From assembly GCF_001194135.2 (NCBI RefSeq), contig NC_068987.1:59563473-59596228 (forward strand): a stretch of 32,756 nucleotides of DNA, written 5' to 3'. Made by a program: the position numbers and the translations under genes. Source of the DNA: Octopus bimaculoides (lineage: Eukaryota). Shown here piece by piece: positions 1-8,971 of the stretch (positions are counted from its first letter, which is position 1; each line of letters opens with the position of its first letter). The notes below the pieces were generated by a model. That model saw only the letters and a program-made list of their open reading frames with translations. It was not told the DNA's origin and ran no database searches.

Positions 1-300
1 ACTGGCCTTTGTAGGGTTTTCGAGCGAGATCGTTGCCAATGCCCCTGGACTGGCTCTTGTGCGGGTGGCACATAAAAGACACCATTTCGAGCGTGGCCGT
101 TTTCGTGCGGGTGACACGTAAAAGCACCCACTACACTCTCTGAGTGGTTGGCGTTAGGAAGGGCATCCAGCTGTAGAAGCTCTGCCAAATTAGATTGGAG
201 CCTGGTGTTGCCATCCGGTTTCACCAGTCCTCAGTCAAATCGTTCAACCCATGCTAGCATGGAAGGCGGACGTTAAACGATGATGATGATGATGATGATG
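1..300 (+). mobile_element. SINE-like retroposon family A (RTE-type 3' end, (GAT)n tail)
   Basis: aggaagggcatccagctgtagaa...catgctagcatggaaggcggacgttaaac(gat)n; about 12 related copies in this window. The RTE-type attribution is from recalled similarity. Confidence 0.8.
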
Positions 301-420
301 ACACACACACATACATATACACTCACATACATATACACACACACATATACACACACATACATATAAACACACACACATATACACAGGCACATATACATAC
401 ATAGACACATACATGCAATC
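301..420. repeat. (AC)/(AT) compound microsatellite
   Basis: acacacacacatacatatac... directly after the SINE (GAT)n tail. Confidence 0.9.
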
Positions 421-735
421 CATGATATATAGATTCAAATAATTTAGTATTACTCATAATAAAAGCTCCTTAGTTTGTCATAGCAGAAACCACACAGAGG
501 ATGTAATAATATACACAAGAAAAGAATAAGAATAATATAAAGATATATTATATATGCTGGAGAAATATAATGAACTTTATTACCATATACATACATATAT
601 ATGTATGTATATGCTTACACAATACTAATAAGGAAATTATGAGTCAAAGCTGTCCTTAATAATCAATAAATTACTCTAGAACCAGATCCCATTTTTCTCT
701 AATATTCTATAAACTCAGTAAAACAGGATACTTAC

Positions 736-932
736 AGGTTTTGAAGCTCTGCCATAATATTTTTGTCAATCATATGAGGCATGTGAGCAGGAACCTTGCG
801 AGTTATGTAACCAAACATTCTGTTATATATGCGGTTGACATTGAGAATAGAGTCAGCAAATGTATCCAGTAATCTTCTTTGCTTTACAGAATGCACAGAA
901 TATTGTTCTCTGTTCTTCAAGGCATCCAATTT
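736..932 (-). CDS. GNPTAB: GNPTAB exon (197 nt, phase 0-2), alpha/beta cleavage site and Stealth CR3: KLDALKNREQYSVHSVKQRRLLDTFADSILNVNRIYNRMFGYITRKVPAHMPHMIDKNIMAELQN
   Basis: Acceptor ctttgattttaag, donor CT|gtaagt; DTFADS and RKVPAHMPHMID motifs. Confidence 0.96.
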
Positions 933-961
933 CTTAAAATCAAAGAAAAATCAACCAAGAA

Positions 962-1012
962 AATAATAATAATAATAATAATAATAATTATTATTATTAT
1001 TATTATTATTAT
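962..1012. repeat. (AAT)9(TAT)8 palindromic microsatellite
   Basis: Read directly; the two halves are reverse complements centred near 989. Confidence 0.95.
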
Positions 1013-1848
1013 CAATTCTTTTACTAGCCACGAAGGCTCACATACAAAAACATTAAAAAACATACAACACAAAAGACAAAAGCAGGACAATATAATGGGT
1101 TTTTGCATGTACACAATATAAATAACAGTTAAAAATTAATTAACAAATTAAATTCCCAGTAGGGGAGGCACTTTAAGGTCCTTGTGGAAAAACCCACAAA
1201 AGCCACGGGTGCCTGAACAACAGGGCAAGAGCCCTTCTCCTTTTTTTTACAGGTGCACACTCAGAATTGGTCCTTTCACACTAGCCATTCTTCCAACATT
1301 CACCCACCTTTCAACAAGGAAACACTTCCCTCTCCACTCTCAACTTCCTTTTCAAGTGAAACTTGTAAAAGTTGATGAGGGCTTGGCCAAAGAGGAAAGC
1401 ACCTGTCTTTAGCCCTTTCAAATGGGTCCACCATACTACCTCTTTCACTACAGCCACTAGACAAATAAAAATTGCCTGCCCCTCCCAACCATCCCAGTGG
1501 GGCAATCTTCACAATGGATTCAGCTGATAGCTGGATTTGTCCCACACACGACAGTAGGTGTTCAACATAAATCCACAGGTCAGCAATACTCGGGCACTGG
1601 ACTAGGGTGTGCAGAATGGTTTCATCATTCTGGGCATACCTTGGGCAGGCCCAGCTGACGTCACTTCTGTGCCTGTAAAGTTTATCCTGAACAGGCAGTG
1701 CCCCTTGGTAGCACTGCCAAGCAAGGGATTTCTGGAAGTTATCAATAGGCTCAGGCCTGAAAGTTCTCCAAAGCGGACTGGTTAGTTGATCTTCATTGAC
1801 GCCCAGAGATTCCCTGAGAACGTCGTTACACTTTCCTTCCACTATCCC
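989..1848 (-). mobile_element. L1/Tx1-clade LINE 3' fragment (zf-RVT region, 3' UTR, TAA-type tail)
   Basis: ORF 1300-1842 has W..F...FQKSLAWQCY.GALPV.DKL...CP....ETILHTLVQCP...LW (zf-RVT pattern); a second frame reads FYKFHLKRKLRVERE. Inclusion of 989-1140 as UTR and tail is less certain. Confidence 0.78.
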
Positions 1849-1868
1849 TCTATAGAGCGCTAGAGTGG

Positions 1869-2054
1869 AATAATAATAATAATGTTTCTTTCTATTAAAG
1901 GCACAGGCCTAATGTTTCACTGGTACTTAATTTATCAATCTTGAAAGGATGAAAGGCAAAGTCGACCTTGGTGGAATTTGAACTCAGAATGTAAAGATGG
2001 ACGAAATACTGCTAAGCATTTCACCCGGCATGCTAATGATTTTGCCAGCTCGCC
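1869..2054 (-). mobile_element. tRNA-derived SINE family B ((ATT)n tail)
   Basis: Minus strand reads ggcgagctggcaaaatcattagc...ctgagttcaaattcc (A/B-box like), then gactttgcctttcatcctttc, then an (ATT)5 tail. Confidence 0.78.
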
Positions 2055-2075
2055 TCACTGCCCTAATAATAATAA

Positions 2076-2622
2076 CAACCAGGCAGCGGTTCTCATTGCT
2101 TCTGATCTTAACTGACTGGAAGTGCTATCATGTACATTGTTATGTTTTGGTGTAAAAGATGGGCTACAGCTAATATTCTGCTCAATACCAGATTTGCTTG
2201 TCAGTTGCTTGATTGTAACCAGTTGAACATGCCCTTTAGTGGCTGATATGTGCATCTCTGATCATGAGCAGGAGTAGTGGGTGAGCATCATAGCTATGTG
2301 TTGAGAGGAATTCTTTTGGGTTTGAATAATTCATCCCTTGAAACATGGGTGTTTTGTTCATCATCCCTAAACAACCCTTATTCAGACACCTTTTGAGCAG
2401 GATGGGCTACTCTACCTGAAGAAAATTATAATTGGGCCCCATTTGTAAAGTCATGTGCAGTGTATCTTGATATGAGGTCACCATCTCGTGCACATGTGGT
2501 TGAGATGCATGTTCCTGGTGAACCCTTATCAGATGGGTGGTAAACTGGGTTCTGTATATTTGTACCCCAGTGTCACTTTGATGGCATTCTCTGCTCTCGC
2601 ACTCAATAATAATAATAATAAT
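2076..2622 (+). mobile_element. Non-coding repeat ending in (AAT)6, probably a LINE 3' UTR (R4/Dong-like by target)
   Basis: GC-richer ~530-bp block bounded by TAA repeats on both sides. R4/Dong elements are known to target (TAA)n, but no coding sequence is present to confirm the clade. Confidence 0.4.
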
Positions 2623-3110
2623 CCTTTCTACTAAAGGCACAAGACCTGAAATTTGGTGGAGGGGACTAGTTGATTACATCAACCCGTGTTTCGCTGGTAC
2701 TATTGACCTCGAAAGGATGGAAGGCAAAGTCAACCTTAGCGGAATTGGAACTCAGAACAGTAAGACAAACAAAATTCTGCTAAAATAATAATAATAATCA
2801 TCATCATCATTTAACGTCTGCTTTCCATGCTAGCATGGGTTGGACGATTTGGCTGAGGACTTGCAAGCCAGAAGACTGCACCAGGCTCCAATCTCATCAG
2901 GCAGAGTTTCTACAGCTGGATGTCCTTCCTAATGCCAACCACTCTGAGAGTGTAGTAGGTAATAATAATAATAATAATAATTTCAAACTTCTAGCACAAG
3001 GCTAGCAATTTCAGGGGAGGAAGTAAATTGAATACATTGACCCCACCAGTGTCCAAGTGGTATGTATTTTATTGACCCTGAAAGGATGAAAGGCAAAGTA
3101 AACTTGGAAT
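2605..3110 (-). mobile_element. Two truncated family B SINEs (2605-2783, 2961-3110) bracketing a family A copy
   Basis: Both start with (aat)n on the plus strand and contain gaaaggatg(a/g)aaggcaaagt. Confidence 0.72.
2799..2960 (-). mobile_element. Family A copy, truncated
   Basis: (cat)4 tail plus a body that aligns closely with the reverse complement of 130-290. Confidence 0.8.
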
Positions 3111-3278
3111 CAATGAGAATGGTAGATACCAATATTTCACGATTATTGTGGCTTGTCAATACCATGCACTTGGATCATCTTGAAATGAAGGGAATCACTG
3201 GTCTGGGACTTAAAATGTAAAAAGAGTGAAATCTATTTGCTGATGTGCTGTGGTGCAGCATATGTGAAATAAAATTAA

Positions 3279-3574
3279 ATTATGAATTAAAAGCAATTTT
3301 AGTAATGTGAACATTATTGGTTACACATACATAGTGTATGTGTTTTGCTTATGCACCAAATTTGCTGTGGGATAGCACCTGGGGAAAGCTTAGAGGCAAG
3401 TTGTCTCGACTGGTCTGTAACATTCAGCTGTTCTTTAACACTTGGTGTCATGTAGGGAGCTCTCCTCGGATGTTATCCAGCAGCAAATTTGGCAAATAAA
3501 CAAAACACACACACCAAGTACAGTATGTGTGACTGATAATTTTTACATTACCAGAGCTGTTTTAAATTTGTAAT
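3279..3574. repeat. Long imperfect inverted repeat (foldback, ~120-bp arms)
   Basis: ccaaatttgctg (3356-3367) pairs perfectly with cagcaaatttgg (3481-3492). Complementarity extends outward to 3279/3574 and inward to about 3390/3458, with mostly transition mismatches. Confidence 0.8.
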
Positions 3575-3594
3575 ATACACTTATATATACTTAC

Positions 3595-3932
3595 AGCTTG
3601 CAACTCTACAAGTGGACCAGATTTCTCCCATGGAAAGACACCAGGTTTGAAAGAGAATTGAAATGCAGACATCAGATTTCTTGATTTGTGTAATATTGGC
3701 TCATGTTTATCATTCTGTTGCACTTCATTTGATCTGGGTGTGTTAAACAGCAGGCTTGTTGAAGATTTCCGTACTAAGCGATTGTGTATAGCATCAAGAA
3801 CCATCTTTTTTGTGTTTGTATGTGGCTTGGCATCTTTCTCATTTTGTATGTCAGGCATTGACTGATTTCTGTTTTGCCAAATCTTCCATAGCAAGTATTT
3901 GTGAATTTTATATCCTTTTTTAGTAAGTTCAC
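3595..3932 (-). CDS. GNPTAB: GNPTAB exon (338 nt, phase 1-0): (G)ELTKKGYKIHKYLLWK...HKSRNLMSAFQFSFKPGVFPWEKSGPLVELQA
   Basis: Acceptor gtcttcttag, donor GCT|gtaagt; G.LT.KGY and FPWEK motifs. Confidence 0.9.
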
Positions 3933-4317
3933 CTAAGAAGACACGCCAAGAAAAAGAGATCTTGAGAAATTTTGGAGAATACTGAGAGGAAATAAAATAA
4001 GACCAATTATAGTGCAAAGAACTTTTCCAAACAGAAGAGTGAACATTTAAAGATACAAGCGTCTCTTATGATTTGTTTTAATGGTAAATCAATTAAATCA
4101 GAATAAAAGTTATCTAATCTTCTTTACTGGGCAAAAATAAATCCGGCAACCAGCATTAGGTAAGGTACGATGTTACTGTGATTGGAAGAGGAATAGTGTC
4201 TTTTGAGCAGGACAGTTTACCAGTACTGAATGTGAAAGAATGTACTATCCATATCTTGGACTAAAGCATTCAAAAATCCTGGAGTTAACGTTAGTTCCAT
4301 AAGCACTCATATTCACT

Positions 4318-4520
4318 TCAACACTTGAGCAAATTTAATGCATAATTATTCACATTGTTTTGAATGAATCATGAATTATCTCATATCTTTGAGATTTTGA
4401 TGATGAGATTTGTTTTTAGAATAACATAGTAGGGTAGGTGTGAAAGGCAGCATCTGGCTGGTTTGAACACAAAACAGGTAGAAGGTTGGGCTGGATGTGC
4501 CCAGTTAAAACATTAAAGGG
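4318..4520. mobile_element. Second, inverted copy of the same TTAA MITE family (one end decayed)
   Basis: Reverse complement aligns with 19624-19820; ends aaagggTTAA at 4515-4524. Confidence 0.65.
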
Positions 4521-4588
4521 TTAAAAGGTAACAGCCATAATATGCATTACACACAGATACACACAAAGACAATGAATAAATTGATCAC

Positions 4589-4710
4589 CTTCTTCAAGCC
4601 GCTTTTTCAGGAAATCCAGTTGTTCCTTAATATCTTTAGGTAAAGCATCATAAGTAATGTTTGGTATTTTCTCAACCAGAACTACAGAGGATCTCTTTGG
4701 GTTAGGTTGT
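4589..4710 (-). CDS. GNPTAB: GNPTAB exon (122 nt, phase 2-1): QPNPKRSSVVLVEKIPNITYDALPKDIKEQLDFLKKRLEE(G), N-part of DMAP1-binding-like motif
   Basis: Acceptor ctaattttcag; weak donor G|gtgatc that rebuilds EEG-ELTKKGY with the next exon. Confidence 0.87.
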
Positions 4711-4939
4711 CTGAAAATTAGCAAATGTTTATATATATATATGTATATTGTTTCAGTTGCATTCACTGAGTTATATATAAGTATATATGCCAAGGAAGTT
4801 GAATGTTGACTACAGTAAAGATGTGTATAGAGGGCAACATAAAATTTAGGTTTGCTGGAGGGTACTGACATGGTTAGATTTTCAGGGTGAAGTCAACTGA
4901 AACTATAATTACATGTAGCATTGTCTTTTCTTATCTGAA

Positions 4940-5314
4940 GCGAAAGCAAAACCGTCAATGGCACCTGTGCCCAGCATCGCCTTCCTGGCACTTGTGCCGG
5001 ATGGCATGTGTAAAGACATTCAAGTGAGATCGTTGCCAGTGCCGCTGAACTGGCTCCTGTGCAGGTGGCACGTAAAATACACCATTTTGAGCGTGGCCGT
5101 TGCCAGTACCGCCTGACTGGCCTTCGTGCCAGTAGCACGTAAAAGCACCCACTACACTCTCGGAGTGGTTGGCATTAGGAAGGGCATCCAGCTGTAGAAA
5201 CTCTGCCAAATCAGATTGGAGCCTAGTATAGCCATCTGGTTTCACCAGTCCTCTGTCAAATCGTCCAACCCATGCTAGCATGGAAAGCGGACGTTAAACG
5301 ACAATGATGATGAT
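4940..5314 (+). mobile_element. Family A copy with extra internal modules
   Basis: Same 3' body and (GAT)n tail as 1-300, with three gtgcc/ggcac-taaaa modules upstream. Confidence 0.8.
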
Positions 5315-5458
5315 AAAGAAACACCTATACTGGAATTGAGATAAATAGCCTTAGCCAAAACATTGAAACTTTCACTGAGTTGACCTGATGAGTTACCAAA
5401 GTGAAATGATATAGGCAGAAATTTGAAAAGAAACAGACAAAAACCAATGTATACTCAC

Positions 5459-5598
5459 AGTAAAGACTCAGGCATTTGGTTCAACTTAATAATAATAGAT
5501 TCCGTTTCATTGATAGACTCTTGTGTAGCAGTAGGTTTTTCTAACTCAGCTTTCAATGCACTACTTTGATTTGTATTAACAATTAAATTAAAAGAAAT
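5459..5598 (-). CDS. GNPTAB: GNPTAB exon (140 nt, phase 0-2): ISFNLIVNTNQSSALKAELEKPTATQESINETESIIIKLNQMPESL
   Basis: Acceptor gtatttccacag, donor CT|gtgagt; stop-free and provides the needed phase 0 to 2 bridge. Confidence 0.85.
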
Positions 5599-5659
5599 CT
5601 GTGGAAATACAAAGATAGGGAAAGAAATTAACACAGATATAAAAGATAATTGACATTAA

Positions 5660-5803
5660 ATGATTTAATAACGATTTCAAATTTTGACACAAATCCAGCA
5701 ATTTAAGGAGAGAGGGTAAATCAATTACATCGACCCCAGTACTCAACTGGTACTTATTTTATGAACCCCAAAAGGATGAAAGGCAAAGTCAACCATGGCA
5801 GAA
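5660..5803 (-). mobile_element. Family B SINE, truncated
   Basis: attacatcgaccccagtactcaactggtacttattttatgaaccccaaaaggatgaaaggcaaagtcaacc. Confidence 0.72.
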
Positions 5804-5804
5804 C

Positions 5805-6118
5805 CATGGTGGTGTAAATGATCAGTGATGCTGCTGACGGTGGTGGTGGGGGTGAAAGTGATCACAATGATGATGGGGGTGGTGTAGGTGGCCAATGATG
5901 ATGGTGATTATGTGATCACAAAGATGGTGATGTAGAAGATGTTTATAATGAAGATGATGATGGTGGGGAAGGTGATAACAATGATAGTGAAGGTATCGAC
6001 GATTACAATAATGATGGCAGTGGTTGTGATGGCATAGACAATTGCAATGACAGTGTAAATCATTATGATGGTGGTGACGCCTTGATGATGGAGATGATGA
6101 TGATGATGACAATAAGAT
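5805..6118. repeat. Degenerate (GAT)/(GGT) trinucleotide low-complexity tract
   Basis: gatgatggtggtg... throughout; source of the spurious His-rich and Thr/Ile-rich ORFs. Confidence 0.85.
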
Positions 6119-6126
6119 GAACTTAC

Positions 6127-6338
6127 CTTATTGGTAGCATTAAGGACTTTATTATGGAATGTTATGTTGCAAGAAATAGTTGTTTCTGAATGGTTTAAAT
6201 ACAGGATAATTGTCATCACTTTGAAGTGCAGGGAAATAGCTGCTTTTCTCACCAATTCCTCTTTGTCCATCTGAGCTGATGTTACTTCTCCAAACAGGTT
6301 TATTGCATTTGTTAGGTTGAAGTACACAAGGTTTTTTC
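6127..6338 (-). CDS. GNPTAB: GNPTAB exon (212 nt, phase 1-0): KNLVYFNLTNAINLFGEVTSAQMDKEELVRKAAISLHFKVMTIILYLNHSETTISCNITFHNKVLNATNK
   Basis: Acceptor tttctatctag, donor AAG|gtaagt; similar to vertebrate PYFSF...[33 protein letters not shown]. Confidence 0.92.
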
Positions 6339-6761
6339 CTAGATAGAAAAACATTAGAAAACATGGAAAGTAAGTAAAGATGGCAAAGCAGTAAACAAAA
6401 CGTTATGTAGTGTTTAACTTGATCCCAGATGAATGTTGATTGACTTTGCCTTCTATTTTCACCCTTTGCTGATAAAATAAATCTTAGTCATAGTTGCTCT
6501 AACTCCCCAAGCAACCCCAGGCAAAGGTAGTAACCTCAATTGGCTAAAATAGCAGCATCTGCAATCATTTTAATGTAATGGGTATACTTGTTGTGGACAA
6601 TTTATGCAAGTAACAATAACAAAAATAATAATAAACCTTTCTATTATAGGCACAAGGCCTGAAATTTATTGGAAAAGGGTGAGTTGATTACATCCCCAAT
6701 AGCGGAGTAGTCCACTTCAGGTAATTTAGGGTAAACCTCACACAGAAGTTCTGGACTACTC

Positions 6762-7340
6762 TACATCCTCAAGGCATGGTAAGTGTTATCTTCCAGTTTC
6801 TTCCTTCCTCCTTACAAAAGCATGCTCAGAGTAGATCCATTCAGCCTCACCAGTCTTGCCACTCTGGTCCACCTTTTGATAAATACACTAAAAGGCAGCA
6901 TCCCCATCTCTACCCTCATCTTCCTCTTCAAATGATATTTGAAGAAATTGAACCTTTCGGATGGGTCCACAACACAGCCTCTTTTGCCTGTCACTAAGCA
7001 GAGAAAGATCTGCTTCCATTTTTTGTTCAAGAAAGGCACAAGCCAATCTTCATTATACACTTGTGAGACAATTGGATTCATTTTACACGAAACAGCAGCT
7101 GCTCAAAACAAGTCCACAAGTTGCCTAATGCAGACACTAAACACTTGCATACAGGGTGGCTTTGTTCCCCTGCATGCATCTTGGGCAGGTTCAGCTATTG
7201 GCACTTCCATGCTTGAAGAGCTTGTCCCAAACAAGAAATGCTTCCCTGTAACACTGCTATGCTAAAAAATTTTTGATATTTGTCCATGGTCTTCAACCTA
7301 AAAGTCCTCCATGAAATCAAACTGTAACCTTCAAAATAAA
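6762..7340 (-). mobile_element. Second, more decayed copy of the same L1/Tx1 3' fragment
   Basis: Broken frames read WRTFRLKTMDKYQKF, QCY.E....DKLFKHG..TCPRC and FFKYHLKRKMRVE, collinear with the 1300-1848 copy. Confidence 0.75.
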
Positions 7341-7404
7341 AAAAACTGTAATATGATTTCCTTGTATCTGTTAAAAGAAGTGTCTGAAAGATTGTTGTAC
7401 TCAC

Positions 7405-7519
7405 TTGTAGGAACACGGTAAACTCTCTGAGCAGGCAAAAGTTCAATTTTGTGTATTTCATGGTAATTTTTAAGACCACAGTCACCAATATCAAAACCAC
7501 AGGAGTATACATTACAACT
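7405..7519 (-). CDS. GNPTAB: GNPTAB exon (115 nt, phase 0-1), second half of LNR2: SCNVYSCGFDIGDCGLKNYHEIHKIELLPAQRVYRVPT
   Basis: Acceptor cttgttttag, donor A|gtgagt; CN..CGFD.GDCG motif. Confidence 0.95.
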
Positions 7520-8318
7520 CTAAAACAAGGTTAAAAGAAAAAAGAACAGTGAACAAACAATTTACTATATTAATGTATATAGTTAAGTGAAATAGTAGAT
7601 TAACAGAGGTCTAATGTTTTTCTAAGTACTTTATTAGGAAGTATTTTCTTAAGTGTTTTATTGGGAATAAATTAGACCAGGGGTAATGGGTAACAAACAT
7701 TGGCTTCATAGCTTGTTCCAGAGTTAAATTTCATTTAATATACAAACCAATATTTTGCTTTCACTAAACATGAGTAGTATATTAGTGAGATCAGATACAG
7801 GGACATCAGTGAACAAACGAAGAGGGTACTGGATTAAGAGGAATCATCTTGCTACTGGAGATAGGAATATTATTTTTTAAGTGATTACAGATAATCTTGG
7901 AGAAAAATCTGACATCCAAATTCATGTAGGCCATTCCCTACAAGCTAACACGTCAGTGAGACCCCAATTTCTCAACAAGGGAGACCAGGCCTTGAGAAGA
8001 GGTAGAGCTGGGAGCCATTATACCAGGGAGAAGAAGCCAAGAAAAACAAGAAGTCTACAAGAGACGATAGTTCTTGCAATGGCTGTTATATATAATATAC
8101 TGTATATACATATATACAAAATAAATTCAATATCAATTGAGTTAAAATTATAAGCAGAAACAAAAACTATAGTGAAGAATATAAGTAGACAAAAACCTAA
8201 TATTTTCGAAGTGGTTTGAGTGGGTAAAAAATGTTATTAAATATTCCTGTTATTAAATATTCTATAAACATTTTAGTGATATAAAATATAAAAAGAGATT
8301 TCAAAGTAAACTTCTTAC

Positions 8319-8374
8319 TTGATCACAGTAACGGTCAGCTAACCAACTGTTAGCACATCCAGTGTTACAGTACA
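8319..8374 (-). CDS. GNPTAB: GNPTAB exon (56 nt, phase 1-0), first half of LNR repeat 2: [19 protein letters not shown]
   Basis: Acceptor tctgtttcag, donor CAA|gtaaga; matches [18 protein letters not shown]. Confidence 0.95.
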
Positions 8375-8390
8375 CTGAAACAGAAAGTAT

Positions 8391-8395
8391 ATGGA

Positions 8396-8435
<40 letters not shown>

Positions 8436-8504
8436 CACACAGATACATTCGTTCACACACATACATACATAAACACACATAAATATATATACATACCTAC
8501 ACAT

Positions 8505-8543
<39 letters not shown>

Positions 8544-8750
8544 CATATATGCACAAATCTACATACATACACATAAATAAACCTACATATACATACATAC
8601 ACATAAATATACATACATATACATAAATATACATACATACATACACACAAATATACATACATACATACATACACACACACAAATATACATACATACACAC
8701 AAATATACATACATATACATACACAAATATATATGTATTACACACACATT
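8391..8750. repeat. (AT)/(AC)/(ACAT) compound microsatellite array
   Basis: Read directly; begins about 15 nt from the acceptor of the 8319-8374 exon. Confidence 0.9.
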
Positions 8751-8971
8751 CCATTAAATTTAATTTTAAAATTAATCAAAGATATTGTTTCACTAAAGAA
8801 TTTTAAAAGCTGAATAGTCTAGCGATTTTGCTCGGCTTGATGGATCTTCTCAAGCATGACACAATGCCAAAGGTCTTGGTCATTGCCTCTGTGAGGCCCC
8901 ACACTCGAAAGGATCCCAACACTTTGCCTCCATGAAGCCCAATGCTCAAAAGGAACTCAATGATAATAAAG

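Noticed and set aside
205-235. CTGAGGA...GAAA hammerhead-like core on the minus strand of family A SINEs
   Set aside because: Only 5 nt lie between the two words with no pairing, there is no U at 16.1, and GAAA is lost in other copies (2799, 19826).
3933-4017. N-terminal part of ORF 3562-4017 (MHYNWSYF...SWRVFL) as coding sequence
   Set aside because: It is a pyrimidine-rich acceptor region; the phase and the EEG-ELTKKGY motif place the exon start at 3932.
4893-5281. ORFs 4893-5138, 4955-5281, 19827-20124 and 26620-26850 sharing RLQSDLAEFLQLDALPNANHSES
   Set aside because: The shared peptide only reflects the shared SINE sequence; there is no evidence of a protein family.
5380-5420. CTGATGAG...GTGAAA hammerhead-like motif
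   Set aside because: Stem II is marginal and stems I and III cannot be formed.
5822-6112. His-rich ORF, plus poly-His and poly-Ile ORFs at 244-438, 879-1121 and 917-1114
   Set aside because: Translations of (GAT)/(GGT)/(AAT) microsatellites and SINE tails.
8391-8754. ORFs rich in Y/I/C/V/H/T (also 23223-23800)
   Set aside because: Translations of AT/AC dinucleotide arrays.
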